A DNA stretch of 64,000 bases from an uncultured delta proteobacterium (GCA_963823335.1 CAWGLD010000001.1:192001-256000), one strand, 5' to 3'; positions 19,733 through 30,233 are shown, numbered from the stretch's first letter. Notes: generated by a model not told the origin, from the sequence alone. A program made the numbers and translations.

Positions 19733-20821
19733 TTAAATCAGTTTCCTGAAAAGCTCCGGATAGGCATTAAACGCATCCGGCGGGAAATACAGCCTGCAGG
19801 TGTCGCCGCTTTTAAGCGGCGCCTGGGCAAACACCTTCTCGGAAATCTCCATATGGATCTCCTCCCCCTCGATGGGAAACGTAATCCGCACGATGGGACC
19901 CAGAAAGGTGACCACATCCACGGTTGCCTCGATGATGTTGGCCGGGTCATAGACCCCTGCCGGCTGATCAGGATCGACGATCTGAATCTGCTCGGGTCGA
20001 ATGGCCAGATAAACCGTATCGCCCTCTACCTGTTTGGGACTGTTGACGGTCAGTGCGTGGGAACCGAACAATGTTTTTCCGTTCTTACGGGTGCAGGTCA
20101 TGAAATTGGAGGTGCCCACGAATTCGGCGATGAAACTGGTTCTGGGGTGCTTGTATACCTCCCGGGGATCACCGATCTGGCGAATCTGTCCGTCACGCAT
20201 GATGACGATGCGGTCCGCCATGGCCAGTGCTTCCTCCTGGTCGTGAGTGACATAGATGAGGGTGATGCCCAGATCCTGCTGCAGTTTCTTGATCACAATA
20301 CGCAGGCGTATCCTAATCTTGGCATCCAGGGCGCTCAGGGGTTCGTCCAGCAGCAGCACATTCGGCTTGATGGCGATGGCACGTCCCAGCCCCACACGCT
20401 GCTGCTGCCCGCCACTGAGCTGGGCCGGGTAGTGGTCCCCCCAGGGACTCAGCCCCACCAGCTTGAGAATTTCATCTACCCGTTCATCGATCAGTTTCTG
20501 GGGCATCTGACGCATTTTCAGGCCGAAAGCAGTGTTCTCCCGTACGGTCATGTTGGGAAACAGGGCGTAGGACTGGAAGACAATGCCAAAATCCCTCTTC
20601 TGGGGGATCACGTCGTTGATTTTGCGGCCATCGTAAAAGATATTACCCGAGGACAACCGTTCGAACCCCGTGATGAGCCGCAGCAGTGTTGTTTTGCCAC
20701 ACCCGCTGGGACCGAGGAAACAGATGAATTCTCCCGGTTCGATTTGCAAATTGACATCGTCCACCGCTATCAGTGAACCAAACGTCTTTCTCACGTTTTC
20801 TAAAACCAGCGTTTTCGACAT
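19733..20821 (-). CDS. ABC transporter ATP-binding protein (PotA/FbpC/PhnT family)
   Basis: GPSGCGKT, FQSYALFP, LSGGQQQR, LLLDEP, TOBE-like tail. Confidence 0.95.
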   Translation of the reverse strand: MSKTLVLENVRKTFGSLIAVDDVNLQIEPGEFICFLGPSGCGKTTLLRLITGFERLSSGNIFYDGRKINDVIPQKRDFGIVFQSYALFPNMTVRENTAFGLKMRQMPQKLIDERVDEILKLVGLSPWGDHYPAQLSGGQQQRVGLGRAIAIKPNVLLLDEPLSALDAKIRIRLRIVIKKLQQDLGITLIYVTHDQEEALAMADRIVIMRDGQIRQIGDPREVYKHPRTSFIAEFVGTSNFMTCTRKNGKTLFGSHALTVNSPKQVEGDTVYLAIRPEQIQIVDPDQPAGVYDPANIIEATVDVVTFLGPIVRITFPIEGEEIHMEISEKVFAQAPLKSGDTCRLYFPPDAFNAYPELFRKLI

Positions 20822-20919
20822 GGCGACTCCATACAGTGCTTAGCGAGGGTGTATCAAATCCGGCTGCAGGCAGGCAAAAACATTCGGCAAATTACCCGAT
20901 TTAGCTAAAAATAAACAGT

Positions 20920-20949
20920 GCCATGACCCCCTGTTCATGGGGCCATGGC
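20920..20949 (-). terminator. Hairpin after binding-protein gene (attenuator or mRNA stabiliser)
   Basis: gccatgacccc...ggggccatggc followed by T-rich tract on minus strand. Confidence 0.45.
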
Positions 20950-20973
20950 ATAGGTTGGTTTAACGAAAGAAGA

Positions 20974-21999
20974 TTATCTCAGAAACAGATTGGACCATAT
21001 TTCAAGAATCTCGGTACGGTTTTCTGCCTGCCACGGAAAATCCATGGGAGCCAGCTTGATGGTCGCAAGCTGGGGCAGATCTTCGGGACCGGGGATACCT
21101 GGATAGGTCACGCCCAGTTTGAACTTGGCGTAGCGTTCCATGGTGCCCTTGCTGATGGCCCAATCGAGAAATTGCTTGGCGGCAGCCTTGTTCTTGGCTC
21201 CTTTAAGAAGGGCATTGGCTTCCAGTTCGTAGGAATAACCTTCCTCAGGAATAATCATCTCAACGGGAAACCCTTTCTTTTTCAGAGAAGAATAAACAAA
21301 GGCAAAGGAACAACCCACCGCGTACTCACCGGCGGCGGTCAGTTTTCCCGGTTTGGAACCGCTCTTGATATACTGTCCCATGTTCTTGTCCAACTCTTTG
21401 AGGAAATCCCAGGCCTTGTTGTCTTTGATCGGTTTGGTTTTGTAATCCGGGTCCAGGACTTCAAGCAGACTGGCCACCTGTAAAAAACCGGTGCCGGAAC
21501 TGGCCGGGTTGGGCATGATCAGCAGGCCTTTGTATACCGGATTGGTCAGGTCTTTCCAGCTCATGGGCTTGGGGAGATTCTTGTCTTCCATGACTTTGGT
21601 GTTGATAATGAAGGCGGCGCCGTACATGTCGATGGCCACCCAGCTGCCGTCATTCGCCTTGAAACGGTCCGGAATTTTTTCCCACCCTACGGGTTTGTAT
21701 GGCTCCAGCATGCCTTCTTTGACAAAACCGGCCATGTTGGTCACGGCCCAGCCCCAGATGCAGTCCGCCTGGGGATTGTCCTTTTCCGCCAGCATCCTGG
21801 CACCGAGCTCACCGGTGGACAGGCGGATGGCCTGAACATCGATCCCCGGCAGATCCTTTTTTGCAAACTCGAGATAGTCCACCACTTCCTCATTTTCAAG
21901 AGACGTGTAGACAACCACTGTGTCTTTTGCTGCGGCAATACCTGACAACAAAAACATCACGGACAGGAAACAAATTGTGTAAAACCCCATTTTTTTCAT
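20974..21999 (-). CDS. ABC substrate-binding protein (Fe3+/2-aminoethylphosphonate family)
   Basis: Signal peptide; STGEL...AEKDNPQAD, MPNPASSGTG, SGSKP. Confidence 0.85.
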   Translation of the reverse strand: MKKMGFYTICFLSVMFLLSGIAAAKDTVVVYTSLENEEVVDYLEFAKKDLPGIDVQAIRLSTGELGARMLAEKDNPQADCIWGWAVTNMAGFVKEGMLEPYKPVGWEKIPDRFKANDGSWVAIDMYGAAFIINTKVMEDKNLPKPMSWKDLTNPVYKGLLIMPNPASSGTGFLQVASLLEVLDPDYKTKPIKDNKAWDFLKELDKNMGQYIKSGSKPGKLTAAGEYAVGCSFAFVYSSLKKKGFPVEMIIPEEGYSYELEANALLKGAKNKAAAKQFLDWAISKGTMERYAKFKLGVTYPGIPGPEDLPQLATIKLAPMDFPWQAENRTEILEIWSNLFLR

Positions 22000-22145
22000 A
22001 GTCTTTCTCCTTTTGTTATTGGTCTCGTTTAAGAAAATGAATCGCGAAAGCGGAAATTAATCAGTATATACGACCATCCCAAGCAGTAACAGTGAGAACT
22101 TAACTTTTTATCAGAATGCAAGCAAAAGTCAACAAATACCTATGA

Positions 22146-22275
22146 GCCAACTACCACCCGTGAAACGAGTGGCTTGGGTTTCCCCCAAAATGGGGGAAAA
22201 ACAAAGGAGACGGCACGTCTCCGTAAGTTCAGGTTCGGAACCGCGTGCCAAGCACGCGGTTTGTAGAACAATCAA
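22146..22275 (-). mobile_element. Non-autonomous IS200/IS605-like mini-element family A, copy 1 (130 bp including TTGAT)
   Basis: Near-identical to 42310-42439; four hairpins; TTGAT boundary overlaps moaA stop. Confidence 0.65.
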
Positions 22276-23264
22276 CCCCCGATACTCGACATAGGATCAT
22301 GAACCCGAAAAGGGCTGTCCGGGGCAAAATGGTGGGATTCGTGTTTATACTGCACCGCACGAAGGAATACGGCTTTCAACTCATCGTCACTGCAGCCGCT
22401 TCTCAAAGGGCCTCTGATATCCAGCTGTTTATCTGAAAGCAGACAGGGACGAAGCTGTCCATTGGCGGTCAGGCGTAATCGGTTACACGTATGACAGAAA
22501 TGCCGGCTCATGGCTTGAATAAACCCTATCTCACCCCTGGCCCCCTCTATCCGATATCGCTGTGCCGGACCATCCATGCGTTTTCTCGTGACCGGAGCCA
22601 GATCACCCAGCACACTCAGACGTGATTTTATTTCAGGTGTCAGAATGTAATCACTGCTCTTCATCTGGGCGTTTCCAATGGGCATGTATTCGATAAATCG
22701 GATGTGAAACGGATAGGTCATGGAAAGCCGGGCTAAATCGACAAATTCATCGTCGTTATATCCTTTCAGGGCCACGACATTCAGCTTGATGGGATCAAAC
22801 CCGTGTGCATAGGCCTTTTCGATACCTGCCCACACCTGGTCAAAAAGATCATACCCCGTGATATATTTAAATTTCTTGGGGTTTAAGGTGTCCAGACTGA
22901 TATTGATCCGTTTAATGCCGGCGGCCTCTATTTTTTCAATATTCTCACCCAGCATGACGCCGTTGGTGGTGAGAGAAATATCAGACAGCCCGTCAATGGC
23001 AGTCAGCTCCTTTATAAATTCGTAAACACCTGCTCGCATGAGCGGCTCACCACCGGTCAGCCGGACTTTTGAAATGCCTAAGGAAACACCCAGCCGAACA
23101 ATGCGCAGGATTTCTTCGTAGCGCAGAATGTCGGCGTGAGCCAGTTTGGGCACCAGCCCCCCCGGGGCACAGTACAAACAACGCAGGTTGCACCTGTCCG
23201 TAATGGAAATACGCAGGTAATTCAAATGGCGATTGTATTTGTCGACCAGTTCATTCATTTTCAT
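22272..23264 (-). CDS. moaA: GTP 3',8-cyclase MoaA
   Basis: YLRISITDRCNLRCLYC, RLTGGEP, FCHTCNRLRLT, C-terminal IGG. Confidence 0.97.
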   Translation of the reverse strand: MKMNELVDKYNRHLNYLRISITDRCNLRCLYCAPGGLVPKLAHADILRYEEILRIVRLGVSLGISKVRLTGGEPLMRAGVYEFIKELTAIDGLSDISLTTNGVMLGENIEKIEAAGIKRINISLDTLNPKKFKYITGYDLFDQVWAGIEKAYAHGFDPIKLNVVALKGYNDDEFVDLARLSMTYPFHIRFIEYMPIGNAQMKSSDYILTPEIKSRLSVLGDLAPVTRKRMDGPAQRYRIEGARGEIGFIQAMSRHFCHTCNRLRLTANGQLRPCLLSDKQLDIRGPLRSGCSDDELKAVFLRAVQYKHESHHFAPDSPFRVHDPMSSIGG

Positions 23265-24780
23265 AACGGGCTATCAAGGCATCCACCAGCCCGGGGATGG
23301 TGTATGTTTCGGCAACCAGGTGAACTTCGAATCCCAGCTCTCTGGCCGTATCCGCCGTGATGGGTCCGATACAGGCAACGGTCACAGGTGCCAGAAGTTG
23401 TTTAAAGATCCCTTCCGGTATGAGCTTCTTAAAATTTCTGACCGTGGAAGAACTGGTAAAGGTTATACAGTCGATGCTTCGATCTTCCAATCGGGCCAGG
23501 AGCGTTGCCGTGTTGTCTTCAGCGATCCGGGTGACATAGACCGGTATCTCATGAACCTCCGCACCCATTTTGGACAGTTCTTCCGGAAGGATGGCTCTGG
23601 CTTCCCGGGCCCGCGGGAGCAGAATTTTTTTGCCCGTGATCTGCTGGTGTTTGAACGCTTCCACCACCGACTCGGCACGGTAGGACTGCGGAAGAATATC
23701 GCAGGTGAGGCCGAAATCCTTGAGCCGCTTTTCAGTTGCAGGTCCGATGCAGGCCGTCTTGATGTGGTGAAGCGCGCGAACATCCTGCCCGAGTTCAAAA
23801 AGGCGCTTGAAAAAAAAGCCCACCCCGTTTACGCTCGTGAATACCAGCCAGTGATAATCCCCCAGACCTTGGATGGCCCGGTCCAGAGGTCCCCAGTCGT
23901 CCGGCGGGGCAATCTGGATGGTGGGGCACTCCAGGCAGTCCGCCCCCGCAGCATTGAGCAGCTGCAACAGATCACTGGCCTGCTCCCTTGCACGGGTCAC
24001 GACAAAACACTTTCCCATGAGAGGCTTGTTCTCGAACCATTGCATGGTTTCCCGCAGTTCCACCACATCACCGACCACGATAATGGCAGGTGCTTTGAGG
24101 CCGGCTGCCTCGACCTTTTTGACAATATTGCCCAGCGTACCGGTCACTGTTTCCTGTCGTGTGGTTGTGCCCCATCGAATGAGGGCAATCAAGGTCTCAG
24201 GCGGCATGCCGTGCCGGGTAAGCTGGTCCACGATGCGGGGCAGGTTCTTGACGCCCATAAAAAAAACGAGGGTCCCGATACCTGTGGCGAGTGCCTGCCA
24301 ATCGATACGAGAGGATGGTTTTTGCGGATCCTCGTGTCCTGTGATAAACGCCAGGGTAGAAGTGTACTTCCTGTGAGTCAGCGGGATGCCGGCATATGCC
24401 GGAGCAGCCACGGCCGAGGTCACACCCGGAACGATGTCAAAGGAAATGCCCGCTTCAACAAGCGCCTCCACCTCTTCACCCCCTCGTCCGAAAATAAACG
24501 GGTCACCCCCCTTGAGACGGGTCACGACCAGGCCTTGCCCGGCCTTTTCCACCAGCAGATGATTGATTTCATGCTGCTTCAGGGTGTGGTCACCCCCCTT
24601 TTTGCCCACATAAATAGATTCAGCGCCCTCCCGGGCATGGGCCAGCAGAGACGAGGAAGCCAGATAATCATACACCAGGACATCGGCCTTTTCGATACAG
24701 GCTTTGCCTTTGAGGGTAAGCAGTCCGGGATCCCCCGGGCCTGCACCCACCAGATAGACATGACCGGTTGTTTTTTTCAT
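23251..24780 (-). CDS. cobA: Uroporphyrinogen-III C-methyltransferase/synthase fusion (CobA-HemD)
   Basis: [29 protein letters not shown], then Hem[29 protein letters not shown]. Confidence 0.95.
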   Translation of the reverse strand: MKKTTGHVYLVGAGPGDPGLLTLKGKACIEKADVLVYDYLASSSLLAHAREGAESIYVGKKGGDHTLKQHEINHLLVEKAGQGLVVTRLKGGDPFIFGRGGEEVEALVEAGISFDIVPGVTSAVAAPAYAGIPLTHRKYTSTLAFITGHEDPQKPSSRIDWQALATGIGTLVFFMGVKNLPRIVDQLTRHGMPPETLIALIRWGTTTRQETVTGTLGNIVKKVEAAGLKAPAIIVVGDVVELRETMQWFENKPLMGKCFVVTRAREQASDLLQLLNAAGADCLECPTIQIAPPDDWGPLDRAIQGLGDYHWLVFTSVNGVGFFFKRLFELGQDVRALHHIKTACIGPATEKRLKDFGLTCDILPQSYRAESVVEAFKHQQITGKKILLPRAREARAILPEELSKMGAEVHEIPVYVTRIAEDNTATLLARLEDRSIDCITFTSSSTVRNFKKLIPEGIFKQLLAPVTVACIGPITADTARELGFEVHLVAETYTIPGLVDALIARYENE

Positions 24781-25706
24781 TCGCTTTTGCTTTGTAGTTT
24801 TTCAATGATGGTCATGGCGCCCTGATCCATCAGTTTCTCTGCCAGTTCAGTCCCGATGCTCACCGATGTCACCGCAGGGCCGGCCAACGCTGACCTGAAA
24901 ACCCGGGAACCATCCGGTTCTGCGACCAATCCGCTCAGCTCGAAGCGCCCGTCTTCAATCCTGCCCTGTGCTGCGATGGGAACCTGGCAGCTGCCCCCGA
25001 GCCGGTTCAGAAAAGCCCGTTCGCCCAGGACCACGGTTCGGGTCTCTGTATGATCCAGTTCCTCTACCAGAGCGCCTGTCTCTTTATCCCCCGTTCTTAT
25101 CTCGATGCACAACGCACCCTGCCCGGCAGCCGGCAGCATGACACCGCTGTCCAGATATTCCGTAATCCTGTGTTCCAGACCGAGTCGCCGGATGCCTGCC
25201 GCGGCAAGCACGATGGCGTCCAGATCACCTGTATCGAGTTTTCTCAGCCTGGTATCAAGGTTGCCCCTCAGGGGGTAAATACACACATCAGGTCTGGCAA
25301 ACAATATCTGCGATGCACGGCGTAGACTGCTGGTGCCGATCCGAGCGCCCTGCGGGAGATCCAACAGGCACCCTCTTTTTGATACCAGAACGTCTTGGGG
25401 GTTTTCTCTTCGGGGAATGGCACCGATACTTAAGCCACCGGGCAGTTCTGCCGGCATATCCTTCATGCTGTGCACCGCCAGATCGATCTTGCCCTCGAGC
25501 AGCGCATCCTCGATCTCTTTCACAAAAAGACCCTTGCCCCCCACTTTTGCCAGGGGCACATCCAGTATCTTGTCACCTTTTGTTTTGATGACCATGATTT
25601 GAACGGACAGGGTGGGATGGGTTTTCAGCAGTTCTGATCGAACCCAGTCGGCCTGCCAGAGCGCCAGCTTGCTTCCCCGTGTTCCAATATGGATGTTTCT
25701 GTCCAT
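24777..25706 (-). CDS. hemC: Hydroxymethylbilane synthase
   Basis: GTRGSKLALWQA, GKGLFVKE, VHSMKD, GTSSLRR, GGSCQVP. Confidence 0.97.
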   Translation of the reverse strand: MDRNIHIGTRGSKLALWQADWVRSELLKTHPTLSVQIMVIKTKGDKILDVPLAKVGGKGLFVKEIEDALLEGKIDLAVHSMKDMPAELPGGLSIGAIPRRENPQDVLVSKRGCLLDLPQGARIGTSSLRRASQILFARPDVCIYPLRGNLDTRLRKLDTGDLDAIVLAAAGIRRLGLEHRITEYLDSGVMLPAAGQGALCIEIRTGDKETGALVEELDHTETRTVVLGERAFLNRLGGSCQVPIAAQGRIEDGRFELSGLVAEPDGSRVFRSALAGPAVTSVSIGTELAEKLMDQGAMTIIEKLQSKSE

Positions 25707-25936
25707 CAATGGCCACAGCTTGCGCAACTTGTGGCCGCACACCCGCCACAGGAAGATGCAGACGCAGACGCACGGGTTGTTTCTCCAGCGCCGCCCTTGC
25801 TGACAAAGCCGCAGGAAGACATGAGACGGGTCACCTTTTTACCGCTGCAGGCAGGGCACTCCGGTTTCTCTGATCCAAAAACCAGTTTTTCAAAACTTTC
25901 CTTACAGGTCTCACAACAGTATTCATATATCGGCAT
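25706..25936 (-). CDS. FmdB-family zinc-ribbon protein
   Basis: MPIYEYCCETC...CPACS, C-terminal CGGC...CASC. Confidence 0.9.
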   Translation of the reverse strand: MPIYEYCCETCKESFEKLVFGSEKPECPACSGKKVTRLMSSCGFVSKGGAGETTRASASASSCGGCAATSCASCGH

Positions 25937-25972
25937 GGGTGCTACTCCAAAAATTTATAAGGTATCGGGTCG

Positions 25973-26001
25973 TTGGTGTTTGGTGTTTGGTGTTTGGTGT
26001 T
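25973..26001. repeat. Heptamer tandem repeat (TTGGTGT)x4
   Basis: Seen directly; same unit at 33394-33428. Confidence 0.8.
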
Positions 26002-26026
26002 CAAAATAATCACCGGGTCATCAAAG

Positions 26027-27409
26027 TCAACTGCCGCTGCCGTCTGCCAACAGGCGCGCCCGTAGCACAGCCAGTTCCGCTTCGGCAGGATAACCCAGGT
26101 CCAGGGCTCTGCTGTATGCTGAAAGCGCTTTTTCGGGCTGGTCCTGACGCAAGTAAACCTTTCCCAGACGGAATTGAAACAAACCATTCTCGGGAGCCAT
26201 CTCGACGGCTTTCTCACAGAACAGGGTCGAGATCTCAGAGTTTTCCGCTTTCTGGTCGTAGAGAGCACCCAGTGCTGACAGGGCACACGCATCTGTGGGA
26301 TTCTTTTTTATGGTCGTTTCGTAATGTGTGACAGCTTCGTCGGTCATGTGCAGCCCCTCACAACACTCACCCAGGTGAAGAAAGGTAATCCAGGATTCCG
26401 GCTGCAGACGGGCCGCCTTTTCCAGATAGGTTTTTGCCGCATCCAGGTCACCTTGATCCAGATACAGTTTCCCGAGCTGAAAAAAGACTTCAAAAACATC
26501 CTCCCCGGTGGCCTCGGCCTCTTGATAACATTTCAACGCGTCTTCCGTCTGGTTCAACATGTTGTGCACATACCCGGCGTTGTAAAGAGCCATGACCTCG
26601 TGCGGATCGAGCATGGTGGCCTCTTTGAAAGCCTCAAGAGCCTCTTCCAGGGCGCCCTCCACACCGTAACAAACACCCAGACTATTGAGGACATTGACAT
26701 TCCCCGGGTCCATTTTCAGTGCTGTTTTCAGCTCCTGGATAGCTCCCGACACATCCCCCTTCTGATACAGCTCGTCCCCGCTGATATTCAGGCTGACGGC
26801 ATCGAACAGAACAGCACTGCTGGCGCCAAAAAAAGACGCATGCGTCAGCGCTTTTCTGGCATTGTCAAAAACATCCGCCTTCCCGAAGTCAGCCGTTGGG
26901 TAAGAAGCCACACCGACGGAAACCGAACCATTGGCAAGCCCATCAACCCTGTCCTGGATATCTTCGGCCAGTTGCAGGGTATCGGTATCGTTCTTTCCGG
27001 GGAAAAAACATCCCAGCGCGTCTGCTGCCATGGCCCCCCAGGTGCCGTTTTCCATCCTGCACACATCATCAACCAACCGACCGATCTCCAGAATGCGCAG
27101 GGAAGTGTCATGACCGTCTACATCTGCGCTGTTCACGACGCCATCCATGCGGATAATCATGCTGCCAACGCACGAGACGTCCTGAATCTGTTCCAGGGCA
27201 TAGCGCAGAAACGCCTGTCCGCAATAAATTTCCGGGAAAGCCTGTCGCATGGCCTCCATGGACCCGTTGCCTGAAAAAGGGGCATCCCCACTATCGGGTG
27301 CTGCGGCAGGGGGATTGAAAAGAAAATGACGGGTTGTCCCGCGTTCAGAAAAGAGAATCGGTTGGGTCTTGCCTGTTCTTGGTGCCATTATTGAATCCTT
27401 CATTATCAC
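26027..27409 (-). CDS. Degenerate GGDEF-fold domain plus TPR repeats
   Basis: VSVGVASYP...NARKALTHA (GGDEF C-terminal pattern) without GGDEF motif; about 7 TPRs (NSLGVCYG, YNAG, FQLG). Confidence 0.75.
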   Translation of the reverse strand: MIMKDSIMAPRTGKTQPILFSERGTTRHFLFNPPAAAPDSGDAPFSGNGSMEAMRQAFPEIYCGQAFLRYALEQIQDVSCVGSMIIRMDGVVNSADVDGHDTSLRILEIGRLVDDVCRMENGTWGAMAADALGCFFPGKNDTDTLQLAEDIQDRVDGLANGSVSVGVASYPTADFGKADVFDNARKALTHASFFGASSAVLFDAVSLNISGDELYQKGDVSGAIQELKTALKMDPGNVNVLNSLGVCYGVEGALEEALEAFKEATMLDPHEVMALYNAGYVHNMLNQTEDALKCYQEAEATGEDVFEVFFQLGKLYLDQGDLDAAKTYLEKAARLQPESWITFLHLGECCEGLHMTDEAVTHYETTIKKNPTDACALSALGALYDQKAENSEISTLFCEKAVEMAPENGLFQFRLGKVYLRQDQPEKALSAYSRALDLGYPAEAELAVLRARLLADGSGS

Positions 27410-28827
27410 ACTTCTTCCATCAGTTGTTGAAAAGCTGCTTTTATGGCATCCGATTCCTTATCCTGGATGGTCCGAACATCCATCATGAAAAAATCGTCTT
27501 CAATTCTGCCGACAACAGCCGGCGTATACGCCCTCATCCATCTGTCGATGCGGTTTGCCGACAAGTTCTGAATCTTGACCCCCACACATCTGCTGGGCAG
27601 CTTCAGCAGTGGCAGAGAACCCCCACCGGCGCGGGAGGTGGCCTGGAAAGATTGCACCTGGAGTCTCTTATTATTCAGATCTTTCAACATTGCCATCAAT
27701 CTTTCGGCTTTCCCTTGAATGATCTGTTCCGGCATGGTGAGCATTCTCAATGTCGGAATCCGATGCAATGCAGCTGCTTCATCACGGTAGAGGCGCAGGG
27801 TGCTCTCGAGAGCGGCCAGGGTCAGTTTGTCGATCCGCAGGGCCCGGGTAATGGGGTTCTGCTTTATCTTGCGGAGCATTTCAGCGGCACCGGCAATCAC
27901 ACCCGCCTGGGGACCGCCAAGGAGCTTGTCTCCGCTGAAGGTCACCACATCCACACCGGTGGATACCGACTCCTGAACGGTGGGCTCCTTCAGGAGTCCA
28001 TGTTTGGACAGATCGATGAATGTCCCGCTGCCCAGATCTTCCATGACCGGCACATGATGCCGTTTTCCAAGGGCCACAAGATCCTTTAAAGAAACGCCGG
28101 CGGTGAAGCCCACCACACTGTAGTTGCTGGTATGGACCTTCAACAGGAGCCCGGTGTTGTCATCGATGGCGTTTTCATAATCCCGCAGATGGGTTCGATT
28201 CGTGGTTCCGACTTCTTTTAAAATGGCGCCGCTTTTTGCCATGACATCCGGAATTCTGAAAGAACCGCCGATCTCCACCAGTTCACCCCGTGAAACAATG
28301 ACCTTTTTACCCTTTGCAATGGTTTCCAGACACAAGAGAACCGCCCCGGCATTGTTGTTGACCACCATGGCAGCCTGGGCCCGGCTTATCTCACAGATGA
28401 GCTCCTCGACACTGCTGTAACGGGACCCCCGCTGCCCGGATGCCAGATCAAATTCCAGATTGGAGTATCCGCTGCCGATTTTCTGTAAATTTTCAAGGGC
28501 CTCATCTGCCAGCAACGAACGACCCAGGTTGGTATGAATGACGACACCGGTAGCGTTGATCACCTGTTTCAGATTCGGCATCATGACCGATGTGACCTGC
28601 TCCTTGATCCGCAGCATGATCTCTGATTCGGAAAGCATTTCTCCAGACAGTTCAGTTTGCGGGTCAAGAATCTTGGCCCGCAGCGATTCAATGGCAGATC
28701 GGGCTGCGTCGACCTGTGTGGACCTGGGAACATCCGCAAAAAATGGATCCGCCTTGAACCATTCAAGAATACGGTCAACACCGGGAAGAGATCGCAGCAG
28801 GGTCTGGTTGTCGGTTGTCTCTTTCAT
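27406..28827 (-). CDS. selA: L-seryl-tRNA(Sec) selenium transferase
   Basis: VINATGVVIHTNLGRS, VNNNA, EIGGSFRIPD, EVGTTNRT, FSGDKLLGGPQAG. Confidence 0.97.
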   Translation of the reverse strand: MKETTDNQTLLRSLPGVDRILEWFKADPFFADVPRSTQVDAARSAIESLRAKILDPQTELSGEMLSESEIMLRIKEQVTSVMMPNLKQVINATGVVIHTNLGRSLLADEALENLQKIGSGYSNLEFDLASGQRGSRYSSVEELICEISRAQAAMVVNNNAGAVLLCLETIAKGKKVIVSRGELVEIGGSFRIPDVMAKSGAILKEVGTTNRTHLRDYENAIDDNTGLLLKVHTSNYSVVGFTAGVSLKDLVALGKRHHVPVMEDLGSGTFIDLSKHGLLKEPTVQESVSTGVDVVTFSGDKLLGGPQAGVIAGAAEMLRKIKQNPITRALRIDKLTLAALESTLRLYRDEAAALHRIPTLRMLTMPEQIIQGKAERLMAMLKDLNNKRLQVQSFQATSRAGGGSLPLLKLPSRCVGVKIQNLSANRIDRWMRAYTPAVVGRIEDDFFMMDVRTIQDKESDAIKAAFQQLMEEV

Positions 28828-28837
28828 GGGCTCTCTT

Positions 28838-28889
28838 TTGAAGAACCTCACAGCGAGTCACGGGAAATGCGTTCGCTGTTGCGGTTCAG
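28838..28889 (+). mobile_element. Mini-element family B, internally deleted copy
   Basis: ttgaagaacctc...gcgttcgctgttgcggttcag. Confidence 0.6.
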
Positions 28890-28900
28890 CGCCTAGTGGT

Positions 28901-28974
28901 CAAAGGAGACGGCACGTCTCCGTAAGTTCAGGTTCGGAACCGCGTGCCAAGCACGCGGTTTGTCGAACAATCAA
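28901..28974 (-). mobile_element. Mini-element family A, truncated copy 2
   Basis: caaaggagacggcacgtctcc...cacgcggtttgtcgaacaatcaa. Confidence 0.65.
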
Positions 28975-29077
28975 ATTTTAAATGGCTATCATTATCTTAT
29001 TTTGTTCTAAACTTCAAGATCCCTGTTCAGAAGACAACAGGTTTCGCCTGACAGCCCGGGGAGAATGTGGTAATAGA

Positions 29078-29138
29078 GAAGTAAATAAGAAGTAAGAAGT
29101 AAGAAGTAAGCTGTAAGCAAGCTTATCGCTTACAGCTC
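29078..29138. repeat. Heptamer tandem repeat (GAAGTAA) plus GCTGTAAGC inverted repeat
   Basis: gaagtaagaagtaagaagtaagctgtaagc...gcttacagct. Confidence 0.7.
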
Positions 29139-29156
29139 AAAAAAAGGACTCACGCC

Positions 29157-30215
29157 ATGAAGAATATCCTTGTTACCGGCGGTAGCGGTTTTATCGGCGC
29201 CAATTTCATCCGCTATCTTCTTTCTGAAGACGACTACAGTGGCCGCATCGTTAATATGGACCTGCTAACCTATGCAGGGAACCCTGAAAACCTTAGCGGG
29301 ATTGAGAAATCAACACATGGCCGCTATGTATTTGTACATGCCGACATCTGTGATGCCGCGGCCGTAAAAAAGGTATTTGAGACCTACGAAATCGATACCG
29401 TCTGCCATTTTGCGGCCGAATCCCACGTGGATAGATCCATCGTAGCGCCGGATGCCTTTGTGAACACCAATATCCTGGGGACCTTCACCCTTCTTGAAGA
29501 AGCGCGGCGTCACCTGAGCCGCCTCAAGCGATTCCACCACGTGAGTACGGATGAGGTCTACGGATCCCTGGGGAAAGATGGGTTCTTTTCGGAAACAACC
29601 CCCTACGATCCCAGCAGCCCCTACTCTGCATCCAAAGCTGCCTCGGACCACCTGGTGCGTGCTTACCATCGCACATACCAGGTCCCCGTCAGCATTTCAA
29701 ACTGCTCCAACAATTATGGCCCTTATCAGTTCCCGGAAAAATTGATCCCCCTCATGATTCTGAATGCCCTGGCCGGTAAGCCACTGCCTGTCTACGGCAA
29801 GGGAATCAATGTCCGGGACTGGCTCTTTGTACGGGACCACTGCAGTGCTGTCTGGACGATCCTGCAGAACGGCCGGCCCGGGGAAACCTACAATGTCGGC
29901 GGGGAATGCGAAATACCAAACATCGAACTCGTTCAAACCCTTTGTGACATCCTGGACGAGATGGTCCCCCCTGAGCATAACCGACCACGCTCTGATCTGA
30001 TCACCTTCGTGAACGATCGACCCGGACATGATTTTCGCTATGCCATCGATTGCAGCAAATTGAAAAACGAGTTGCATTGGCACCCAATGGCATCCTTCGA
30101 TACAGGTATCCGGCAAACGGTTCAATGGTATCTCGACAACCCTGGCTGGGTCGAGCGTGTGCAGAGCGGTGAATACCGAAAATGGATAGCGGACAACTAT
30201 GGTAAGAGGGCGTGA
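29157..30215 (+). CDS. rfbB: dTDP-glucose 4,6-dehydratase
   Basis: GGSGFIG, HFAAESHVDRSI, HVSTDEVYG, YSASK, RPGHDFRYA. Confidence 0.97.
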   Translation: MKNILVTGGSGFIGANFIRYLLSEDDYSGRIVNMDLLTYAGNPENLSGIEKSTHGRYVFVHADICDAAAVKKVFETYEIDTVCHFAAESHVDRSIVAPDAFVNTNILGTFTLLEEARRHLSRLKRFHHVSTDEVYGSLGKDGFFSETTPYDPSSPYSASKAASDHLVRAYHRTYQVPVSISNCSNNYGPYQFPEKLIPLMILNALAGKPLPVYGKGINVRDWLFVRDHCSAVWTILQNGRPGETYNVGGECEIPNIELVQTLCDILDEMVPPEHNRPRSDLITFVNDRPGHDFRYAIDCSKLKNELHWHPMASFDTGIRQTVQWYLDNPGWVERVQSGEYRKWIADNYGKRA

Positions 30216-30233
30216 AGCTATAAGCTGTAAGCA

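Noticed and set aside
23233-24825. 530-aa plus-strand ORF and other long antisense ORFs (e.g. 11549-12571, 16613-17683, 33533-34579, 45799-46743)
   Set aside because: They lie opposite well-supported genes and show no protein motifs; typical shadow frames of GC-rich coding DNA.
25706-25708. Selenocysteine read-through at TGA stops (FmdB, moaA, pyrF)
   Set aside because: The proteins are complete at these stops; the FmdB TGA overlaps the hemC ATG, and downstream hairpins belong to repeats.
28838-29060. Possible selC tRNA-Sec next to selA
   Set aside because: No cloverleaf or UCA anticodon arm; the hairpins are explained by repeat families A and B.
29178-29189. ops/JUMPStart-like GGCGGTAG in rfbB
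   Set aside because: Inside the CDS encoding the GGSG of the Rossmann motif, and lacks the downstream TG.
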